A DNA stretch of 60,947 nt, filler included, from Nemertoderma westbladi (lineage: Eukaryota > Animalia > Xenacoelomorpha), in the NCBI GenBank assembly GCA_032718475.1. It is 3 parts of 3 records of this genome, joined end to end, with 100 filler letters (N's around TTAATTAATTAA, not from the genome) between each part and the next. Parts side by side here need not be neighbours in the genome. Positions count along the whole stretch, not along the records: positions 39,164 to 60,947 come from JAUCBJ010008497.1; 2 more parts are not named here. The stretch is one strand, 5' to 3'. Below the pieces are notes generated by a model, which worked only from the letters and a program-made list of their open reading frames with translations, was not told the origin of the DNA and made no database searches. Numbering within the stretch: position 1 is the first letter of the stretch; every line of letters starts with the position of its first letter. Below are positions 45,181 through 54,716 of this stretch, in pieces. A program made the position numbers and the translations under genes.

Positions 45181-45726
45181 ATGGCCTGTGAAGAACCGCC
45201 TGATCAACCAAGGACAACCATGCCAAACGTTAATATGCGTTAATATTCTACCACAAATCAACGTTATTTTTTAAGAGCCCCCCCCCCCCCCCCCCCCCCC
45301 TAGGTAAGAGGTATGTACGATATTGTAGATAAAAAAAATTCCCGGTCCCTTCACTCAGTTCGCTTTATTTTCTTGATTCCTCAGTACCATTCTACAGTCT
45401 GACAGTCAGACAGTAGTACAAGTACAGTCCTATCAGTTCCAGTTCCAGACTTTAGGCAGTCCGTCGTGCTTAGGCATACTGTAGATCTACAGTATGTTAG
45501 GTATAATTTAGGTACACTGGCAGACTGGGACATGCCACGCACACACACACCATGCCACGCACACACACACATATACCGGCAAACCACTCGAAACGCTAAC
45601 GTGCTCTTTTTCGTCCAAAGTGCTAACTGTTCCAGACGCATGCAAATCAACTATACACCTAACTAACAAATTCTCTGGAAGGTCGCTAGAGTACAAGGGT
45701 GGTAAAGACTACACATATACCATAGC

Positions 45727-45921
45727 CCTAACTGCATTGTCTATTAATGTTGTGCTAACTGCAAACCTGAACAGTATTACTATACACCTAACTGCAAGGT
45801 CTAATTAATGTTGTGCTAACTGCAAACCCGAACAGTATTATTATACACCTAACTGCATGGTCAAATTAATGTTGTGCTAATTGCAAACCCGAACAGTATT
45901 ATTATACACCTAACTGCATGG
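45727..45921. repeat. 61-bp tandem repeat x3
   Basis: CCTAACTGCA recurs at ~45727, 45787, 45848 and 45909. Confidence 0.88.
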
Positions 45922-47182
45922 TTTATTCATGTTCTAGGCCTACTAACTAAGTGTTTAAACAGGATCAAACATTTCAGCATTTCTGTAATTCGTCTCGTGA
46001 TCCTTATTTTGGCATTCGGCCAATTCGGCATTCGTGGGACCATGGAGCCCATAGGATACCCGAAGGATAATTGAAGAGTTATCAAAAAAGAAAGATAGGC
46101 ATCTGGCTGTTATCTTTGTTGACTTCTTCAAGGCCTTTGATTCAGTCTCTCTCTCACGTATGTTCAGCATACTTTCATTATATGGGATTCCTGATGAAAT
46201 TATTGCAGCAATCAGATCAGTATACGATGGTTCGACAACATTTGTCTCAACTGTTGACGGTGACAGAGAACCATTTGAAGTGTAATGGGACGTCCTCCAA
46301 GGAGACACACTTGCACCATTCTTGTTCATTATTGTGGTTGACTATGTTCTACGCATGTCCTTAGATCATCACAATGATGATGGGGTGATGATAACTCCAC
46401 CTACTGGCTCCAGAAGTCGAGGAAATCCTGCCAAGTACCAAACTGATCTAGACTTTGCTGATGACTTAGGAGTACTCTCAGAATCACTAGAGGGAGCCCA
46501 ACGGCTCCTCAGCTCATTAGAACATGCTGCTTCTAGTGTTGGTCTTTTTATTAACTCCAGAAAGACCAAAATTTTGACAGTTCACTTTGAAAGTCCTCAG
46601 CAAGTCTCTGATCGGATGAGCATAAGCTCAAAGGATGGCATGCTTGAGCATGTGGACGACTTCTGTTACCTGGGATCATGGATCCGGAAGTCAGTTGAGG
46701 ACCTTCGAATACGTAAGGGAAAGCATTGGACAGCGCCTTGAATATGCTTTGCAGGATTTGGAAGTCACCGAGAATTAATCGGAAACTTAAGGTCCGATTA
46801 TTTAGAGCAGTCAGTAGTTCCAGTACCTCTCTATGGGAGTCCATGTTGGGCTCAACTGCTGAGGACACCAAATCTCCGGATGGCACATTCACAAGAATGC
46901 TACGCCGGGTACATTGTGTCAAGTACGATGCACACATCTCCAACCAGACACTATATAACATTGGAGGTGTCTCATTGGTTCCCCCAAGCTTGACACTAGA
47001 ACAAAATCGCCTCCGCTTTGCACGACATTGCTTTCACCGTGAGGACCAGCCAGTGCATAAACTTATACTTTGGCAGCCTCATGGACTGAATAAGCATGGT
47101 GGACCGCCCATGACTTTCTTGAGACGCATCTTAAAGGACACTGGCCTTGAAGAAGCGGATGATCTAGCTAATGTCATGGGTG

Positions 47183-48403
47183 CAGCAGGGTTGATAAAAA
47201 TCATGATTTTTTTTTAATAAAAAAAATCAGATTTTTTTTATTTAAATCAGATTTATTTGATTTAAATCAGATTTTTTTTCATTTAAATCGGGTGACTAAA
47301 AAGTAAAGACTCATATAACAAAGACCTGTATGAAACACATGTGTTAACTTTCGTTTATTGTTTTGGTTCCCCAAACACGCCTCTGTAACCTGCTCCTTTA
47401 CTAACCTGCTCCTGTAAATGGCAATGGGACCTAATGCTAAATGGCAATGGGACCTAATCCCCTTTAGGACGTAACGCGACTTTATATCTTTGTTTTGTAC
47501 AGGTACCAAAGAGCGTTAGGTTACATTGCATTTAAAGGAACAGGTTAGTAAAGGAGCATGTTACAGAGGCTTGTTGGGGGAACCAAAACAATAAACGAAA
47601 GTTAAAACATGTTTCAAAGATTATGCAGGTCTTTATTATTTAGGTCTTTGGTCTTTGTTTTGTAGTCACCCATTTAAATCACCTTTTTCTTATTTCATTT
47701 CATCTGGCTTCACCAATGCACTAATGTTTAAAAAAAACCGAAAAACCGGGATCCCAGCGAAATATCGAATCCCGATTCCGACTTTTTTGAAACGGGATCC
47801 CGAAGTTTAAATGGTTAAATAAATTTGTTGAACATCTAAAAAAAAGTTCCAGCAGAACGGAAATGTTTTGATTATATCTAATTTTTATTTCAGTAAACCA
47901 TCCAGTAATCAATTATAAGATAATTGTAATATTACTTTATCTTACTAATATTTCAGAAGTGTAAAATAAAGTGAGTGTTACTGAAAACCTGCCTCATATA
48001 CTATTAACTTTGATGAATTTAATCCAAAATTGCAATACCGATCCCGTAAAACGGGATCTCGAGAGGAATAATCCCGGTCCCGATCCCGGAAATCCCGAAA
48101 AGTCTGAATTCGAATATAAACTAAATAAACAACAAACTGAATAGAACTCTAAAGTACAACTTAATTAATGGGCCTGTGAATACTGTATGGTATTGGAAAT
48201 GCGAGATGATACTGTATTTTCATGTAAATATTTAGGTAATTTGAATCAATTATTAATAATCAGTAATGCAATGTTTATCCTGGCCTTAAAGCATGATTGA
48301 TAAAATTCATGATTTAAAAAAAAATCAAAACTATCTGATTTTTTTTTATTTTTATATGTGATTTTAACTAATAAATTAACTTAATTTAATTCAAACAACC
48401 CTG
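47183..48403. mobile_element. hAT-like MITE with nested inserts
   Basis: CAGGGTTG / CAACCCTG termini; 8-bp TSD CATGGGTG at 47175-47182 and 48404-48411 (extra CAG on the left); AAAAATCA/TGATTTTT subterminal repeats. Confidence 0.85.
47290..47672. repeat. Nested ~120-bp-arm inverted repeat
   Basis: AACTTTCGTTTATTGTTTTGGTTCCCC..CTCTGTAACCTGCTCCTTTACTAACCTG (47346-47408) mirrored at 47541-47603. Confidence 0.8.
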
Positions 48404-49030
48404 CATGGGTGATAGGGAGTTGTGGCGGCGCAATTTTGTCGACAAGTTGGCACAGCATTTTTAAAAATGCAGCTGCAATGCAGCATGCCGATCCTAGCTA
48501 GTTGGCATTCGGGATACCTGATTTTTCATTTATCCGAAAAACTTGTCAAAGATTACAGTAGTGACGATATGAAACTTGGTTTTGAAAATTTCAGATCAGT
48601 TTATAGGTCTATTTATTGCAAGGGAATGTTATATTAAATTTGGTAATGGATCATCATTTTACAGTAACGGATTCAAAACAAAATTTGGGAAAAAGGCTCC
48701 TGGGAAAATTCTAAGAGATACAAAATATCAAAATTGCCGTAGCTCCTATATAATAATTCAAGGCTATTCATTTGAATCAGTGCAATGAGATGAGTCATAT
48801 TTCAGTTAATGATGCAACTAATGCTTCATCACTGATTCATCAAAATTATTATTATATAGGCATGTTAAAATCAACTGTCTGACAGTCCAGAAATCAGCAG
48901 TCTGACTACTACGAGGTCGAGCGAACTCGGACAGTGGAAATGAGATCCTTCCAGGCTTCCCGATTCTCCATAGTTGTCGCAATTTCGTTTCTCCCAAGTT
49001 CAGTATCCCTTTCAAGTTGATCTATATATG

Positions 49031-49350
49031 TTATGGCCGGTCGTCCACGACTTCGCTTTCCATGAGTTGGTTGCCAGAAAAGTAATCTGGTATGACCTCG
49101 TCTTTACTTCGCCAGCAGTGCCCACTGAATCTTAATCTGCGTTCACGGAGGGTGGTTGATACAGGTGGTATTGTACCATAAAGCTCGGCGTTTGTCATGT
49201 GTTGTCTCCAGCTGATGTTTAGGGCTGCCCTTAGTAGTCTTGTGTAGCAACCATCAATTCGTTGTTCAAGTGATTTCGTCAATGTCCAGGTCTCACCCCC
49301 GTATAAAAATACACTTTCCACTGTGGCTCGAAAGAACTTAATCTTCTGAA
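49031..49350 (-). pseudogene. RTE LINE 3' fragment (second family)
   Basis: KIKFFRATVESVFLYGGETWTLTK...RIDGCYTRLLR..LNISW..HMTN.ELY...RRLRFSGHC. Confidence 0.88.
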
Positions 49351-49485
49351 CTGGAAAGGTTATATTTCCAGTTATGGACATGTCACTATACTGAATATCC
49401 AGCCAGGCGTCGTTTATACAGAAAATGCTACCAATAAAAATAATAACATCAATCCGCAAACAAAGCAGTCTGTATCTGCCATATC

Positions 49486-49642
49486 CCATGTCAAGTACAA
49501 TGCACACATCTTCAACCAGACACTATATAACATTGCAGGTGTCTCATTGGTTCCCCCCAAGCTTGACACTAGAACTAGAACAAAGCCGCCTCCGATTTGC
49601 AGGACATTATTGCTTTCGCCGTGAGGACCAACCAGTGCATAA
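49486..49642 (+). pseudogene. Short RTE fragment matching 46917-47060
   Basis: Near-identical nucleotide block TGTCAAGTAC..CCAGTGCATAA. Confidence 0.8.
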
Positions 49643-49937
49643 TTAGGGGCGTAAGCAGGAATTTTACCTATGGGTGGTAAATATATGAAACATAATTTCC
49701 ATAAATTCCATTGAAACATAATTGTGCTATACATAGCACAATGTAGCATATTGGCTATACTTTGTATGCTTATTGTATACTGTATACTTACTGGATACTT
49801 ATTGTATGAAATTTGAAATGGAGATAGTTTCACCTCCCTCCTCCTTGCTCGGGTGTCGGGTGAGCCAGAACCTTATTTTTGACTTTCATTATTTTGCTAA
49901 TATGCAATGGAGGCTATGGACAGTGAGTGAGGAATGC

Positions 49938-50669
49938 CGGATACATGACCGAATGTAATCAGGATCGAATGTAACATAGTTTTACGTATCGAACGTAACC
50001 GCAATTATGTTACATTGGATCCTATAACTATGTTACATTCGATCTACAAATTACTAACAGACTAAGCCCGAATGTAACATTGCCATTTAAAGGAGCAGGT
50101 TACAGAGGCGTGTTGGGGGAACCAAAACAATAAACGAAAGTTAGCACATGTTACAAGATTATGCAAGTTACCAGTACTTTTATTTAAAGGAGCAGGTACA
50201 GAGGCGTGTGGGGGGAACCAAAACAATAAACGAAAGTTAGTAACACATGTTACAAGATTATGCACTCTCCCTATGCTTGGGTCTTGGGTCTTTGTTTTGT
50301 ACTAACCAAACTGTTTCTTCCTGTAAATAAAGGAAGCATTTCATCGGTTAACTCATAGATAGATAGATTTATTTATACATTATGTAAAAACAATAACAAA
50401 TACACCAAACAATGTACTGGTATAAAGGTATTGTCCAACATAACATATATGATTACCCCTAAAGCTTTGCAGCTTATTTCCAAGGGGGTCCTTAACTCCT
50501 GAAATCAAAACACAACAGAAATAAATATATGTTACATTCGGGCTTAGTATTTTGTAGTTCGAATGTAACATACAGTAGTTATAGGATCCAATGTAACATA
50601 ATTGAGGTTACGTTCGATTCGTAAAAACTATGTTACATTCGATCCTGATTACATTCGGTCTGTCACCCG
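49938..50669. mobile_element. Fold-back/MULE-like MITE with ~145-bp TIRs built of CGAATGTAAC units
   Basis: 49948-50081 mirrored by 50529-50660; AGGAATGC flanks both ends (8-10-bp imperfect TSD). Confidence 0.8.
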
Positions 50670-51295
50670 CCAGGAATGCCAAGGCTATCTAATCTAACCT
50701 TTGTGGTGTCAATGCATCCCCCCCCCCCCCCCCCCCCCCGTCAACATTGTAACTGCCCCCACATAATGTCAACAGGAATTGTAACATTTTCCATTGTACT
50801 ATTGTATTACTGAATTAATTACGGGACTGTCTGTATACAGAGAATATCACCTGTTCTAAGAGTGATATACGATATATCAACCTGAAGCAAATAAACCTGT
50901 ATAACTACCGAGGCCGAAGGCCAAGGTTGTTATACAAAGTTTATTTGCTGAAGGTTGATATATCGTATATCACTCCTAGCAGCCTAGGACAGGTGATATT
51001 CTGTTTATCACATGTGTTCGATCTTATTGAACACGAAGAGGGCCGTCCTGCATAATAAGGTAAAGCGAACCCCGCTCCACAATTTAGTATTTTCCTCTCC
51101 AATTTTTTTATTATAGCTAGTACTTGTTGCTTTTTGTATAGAAATCGTTCTAGAATATGCTAGCTATTTATTTTGAAAAAATGAACCCTCAGTTACAAAT
51201 ATTTTTTATTCCAGAACATATTTTTGAAAATATCTTGATTGTATTTTAAACACATGGGAACGATTATTTATACACAACCTAACTGCCTAAGGGAA

Positions 51296-51505
51296 GGCTG
51301 CGTTCACACTACCGAGTCAAAGTCAAATGAAAATAAATGTAGCTAGAAATAATAAATAATAATACATTATATAATATAATACATTATATAATATAGGCCT
51401 AATACATAGGCCTAAGCAAATAACAGAATAAGGGCTTTCTATAAAAAATTAAATTGTATTTCACAATTTGACTTTTGACTTCAACTCGGTAGTGTGAACG
51501 TGGCC
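51296..51505. mobile_element. PIF/Harbinger-like MITE (210 bp)
   Basis: TIR GGCTGCGTTCACACTACCGAG / CTCGGTAGTGTGAACGTGGCC; flanks GAA/TAA. Confidence 0.75.
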
Positions 51506-51609
51506 TAAGAATGTTTGGAATTGCTTCTTTTTTTTATTTAAGAACACTACCGGTAATATATAAAAAATGTTCTAGAATTTATATTTAATAACCAACATTG
51601 TGTAGGGCC

Positions 51610-53049
51610 TAGTGTTGAGAACTGAATCAATTTTTACTAATTTCAGTTACAGTTACATTTTCAGTATTCAAAGTTTTGCATTTCAGTTACAGTTACAGTT
51701 TCAGTATTACAAAGTGTAACATTTCAGTTAGCCTACAGTTACAGTTTCAGTATTATAAAATTGAGCATTTCAGTTTCAGTTACAGTTTTGATCGTGATAA
51801 AATTCAGTTACAGTTTCAGTTATAGATTCAATATATATGATCTCACGTAGTAAGCAGTCATTGAATTAATGTAGTCTCATCGGGGCTGGGTGCATTGCAG
51901 TCACTTGCCCAATGAGTCACTTGCCCAAAAAAATCAAACGAATCACTTGCCAAATAAAAAAATATATCTGAAACTAAAATTGAGGCACTTTAATATATTA
52001 CTGTAATATACGCTAATAATAATGTTCATTGCGAAACGTCCTCTTTCTAGAGCTAATAGGTAGTTATTGTAGGAAAGTTGGACCCACTCTATGGTAATAT
52101 TTTGTAACTAATATACTGATAGTATGTAATGAAAGTGGCACGTCACAAGATCACACTAAAGGCACCCACATTTTACTGCACATCTTGTTTCAGTGCTTGT
52201 ACAGTACTGTTATCATTTATTGTTTTGGTTATAAAAGCCATGCTTCTGAATCCTGCTCATTTTCCTTAATTCGAAATTTGTTTTAGTAATCATATATTTA
52301 TTGTTTTGGTTAGACCCACCTCGATAGGCTGCTCCTTTCACTTTTAAGTTTAATTTTGTAATTTATAATGGTAAACTTGATCAAAATTTAATTTCCAGTG
52401 TGCCTCTAGTGTGATTGTGATATTAATAGTACCGGTAACATTAATAATTCATAATGTAAAATATATATCCGTTAAAATCCCTCTACCAATAGGCCTAACT
52501 TTTCTTTGTTTATATAAAACATTTACATTTAATATGAAGCAAAAATGGTGATAAGGCTGATAATAGTCTAATAGTTGAGCCAGACAAACATAGACTATAT
52601 GCTACTGTAGATCTTCGGTCACTACTTGACTCACCAAATAAATCACATTTGAGCTAAAGTGGACAATGGGTCTTTTTTATTGTGGAATAATATGGTTTTG
52701 TTCAGAAGTGGAAAAAATGAGATTGTTTTTTATAACAATGTTTTAAAAATGATACCTATGGTAACCACTGTTATTCATTTATTAAACTATACTCTATACT
52801 TTATTACAATACTGTTTTAAATGCTCATTCATGTTAATTGTGTGATTGAGAACTGAATCGGATTTTGTTAATTTCAGTTTCAGTTACAGTTACAGTATTC
52901 AAAATTCGCAATTACAGTTTCAGTTACAGTTACAGTATTCAAAATTCGCAATTACAGTTACAGTTATAGTTACAGTATCAAAAAATCATCAAAATCATTC
53001 AGTTACAGTTGCAGTTACAGTATAATTACAGTTACAGTTCTCAACACTA
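51610..53049. mobile_element. hAT MITE (1440 bp)
   Basis: 15-bp perfect TIR TAGTGTTGAGAACTG / CAGTTCTCAACACTA; 8-bp TSD GTAGGGCC (51602-51609, 53050-53057); CAGTTA/CAGTTT hexamer arrays near both ends. Confidence 0.93.
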
Positions 53050-53330
53050 GTAGGGCCTACACAAAATATTAAAAATTGCAAAATCTAGCTAGTATAATAT
53101 CACTTTTGTAATTAAAAAAACACAATTAATTAGTACTACAAGTTTCAAATAATTTTTGAATATAGCTAACTGTATATATCACACGGTGTGATATACAATA
53201 TATCAAGAACCGCTAAAAATAAGTGAGAACATGTGATAAACAGGTATATTATCGGTATATTGGTATATAGCGCCCTATTGCGCTACTCTGTTGCTCTGTG
53301 AGATTTGAAATACCTGTATATACACTGATA

Positions 53331-54473
53331 CAGGGTCCTACTAAATACTACAAAAAGCACAAAACAAGCACAAAAAAGCACAAAAAAGTCAAGAAAAGCA
53401 CAAAAAAGCACAAAAAAAGCACAAAAAAGCACAAAAAAGTAAAAAAAAAGCACAAAAAAAGTAAAAAAAAAGCACAAAAAAACATTCTAACATCAAGAGA
53501 GATGGGGGGGGGGGGGCGAAAATATGAGAGATATTGTTACAGACACCCCTCCCCCCCCCCCCCCCCCCCCCCTGACATATAAGATAAGTATGCATGAACT
53601 CCTAAACAACATTGCAAACAATCTGGCAGTTATAGAAATTTCAAAGTATACAGTAGTGTTACAACAGCAGTGGTTAAACCCAGGCAGGAACTGTGTTTCC
53701 AACAGACGCAGATATCGTAACCAAGGCAGTTCCGACCTAAGCGAGATTCTTGCAAGTATGACTATGACTAATATCATCATACTTGTCCTCAGACGTTATC
53801 GATCGCCCACTCGAGAGGTTCGGGCAGACCGTGATGTGATATAATTGTACAGTATGTCGATTTATCGGTGAATAAAGGCATTCCAATAACAGAATAATCG
53901 CGATTTCGGTCAACACTGACATGACATATCCAGTTTACAAGCGCCTGTTGCCTATGCTGCGTCGCTACATCTCCCACATCGCTACATCGTTACAAGTAAT
54001 TAACCAGAACGCTGATAAGTTGACATAATGTGACAAGACAATAACAAAGTCTACTACAGTATTATAAGTTCTATCCTGATATTTGAATTGAACCATCTTT
54101 ACATACTGACATTAGCCTGATATTGCACTAGGGTGCTCGTGGTAGGGCTGTACCTGTAAGTGCTCATGCCTGCATGCTGGTACTCACTCACTGGCAGCTA
54201 TATGACATGAAAGCATACTGGACATGTGATTATCCTTCCGGTAGCCTAGACACTACTGCACTACATGATATTGCTTCTATCATCTGTTCTATTACAAGCT
54301 CAATAAACAGCTATCAGTTTGCTTTTTTGTGCTTTTTTTTTACTTTTTTGTGCTTTTTTTTACCTTTTTTGTGCTTTTTTGTGCTTTTTTTGTGCTTTTT
54401 TGGGCTTTTCTTGACTTTTTTGTGCTTTTTTGTGCTTGTTTTGTGCTTTTTGTAGTATTTAGTAGGACCCCTG
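53331..54473. mobile_element. Fold-back element with ~150-bp TIRs of AAAAAAGCAC units
   Basis: CAGGGTCCTACTAAATACTACAAAAAGCAC... mirrored by ...GTGCTTTTTGTAGTATTTAGTAGGACCCCTG; ATA on both flanks. Confidence 0.85.
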
Positions 54474-54487
54474 ATACATGGATGACG

Positions 54488-54578
54488 TGAAACATACGCC
54501 ATAAATCCCTGCAGGTACCGGTATATATATCTACTAGATATATACCTGCACTGCTTTATGGCGTGGCGTATGTTTCAT
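54488..54578. repeat. ~90-bp imperfect palindrome upstream of INCENP
   Basis: TGAAACATACGCCATAAA..TGCAGGTA..TATATCTA-C-TAGATATA-TACCTGCA..TTTATGGCG..TATGTTTCA. Confidence 0.75.
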
Positions 54579-54716
54579 TTCAAATCTCGCAGAGCTACTG
54601 GTAGGCTACGAATGTTTAAATTTGAGCAATTGCTTATTTATCCATAAAAGAAGAAGATTAGAAGATACCGACCCGGTTGGCAGGTTGGTAGGTACCAGTA
54701 GACCAGTGATTCCGTA

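Larger units (their letters stand above)
43097..45575 (-). mobile_element. IS3EU-like DNA transposon with microsatellite-like TIRs
   Basis: Inverted arrays of (GT)nGCGTGGCAT at 43097-43230 and 45523-45575, both adjoining GTCCCAGT and both beginning TATA; they enclose the transposase. No TSD seen. Confidence 0.65.
46040..48463 (+). pseudogene. RTE-clade LINE 3' half (same family as 10150-11730), interrupted near its C-terminus by a hAT MITE
   Basis: QGDTLAPFLF, DFADD, YLGSW, LKVRLFRA, RLRFARHC, LILWQP; removing 47183-48411 gives ..NVMGDRELWRR.., the RTE terminal motif. Confidence 0.9.
50838..53250. mobile_element. Palindrome-rich non-autonomous element (Crypton-like?) hosting two MITEs
   Basis: Long hairpin 50838-51003 centred on GAGGCCGAAGGCC; TGTTTATCACATGT (51002) is inverted at 53229-53242. 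Family assignment is tentative. Confidence 0.45.

Noticed and set aside
53283-54502. Lys/His-rich and Phe-rich ORFs (KKHKK)
   Set aside because: Translations of the AAAAAAGCAC arrays in the fold-back TIRs.
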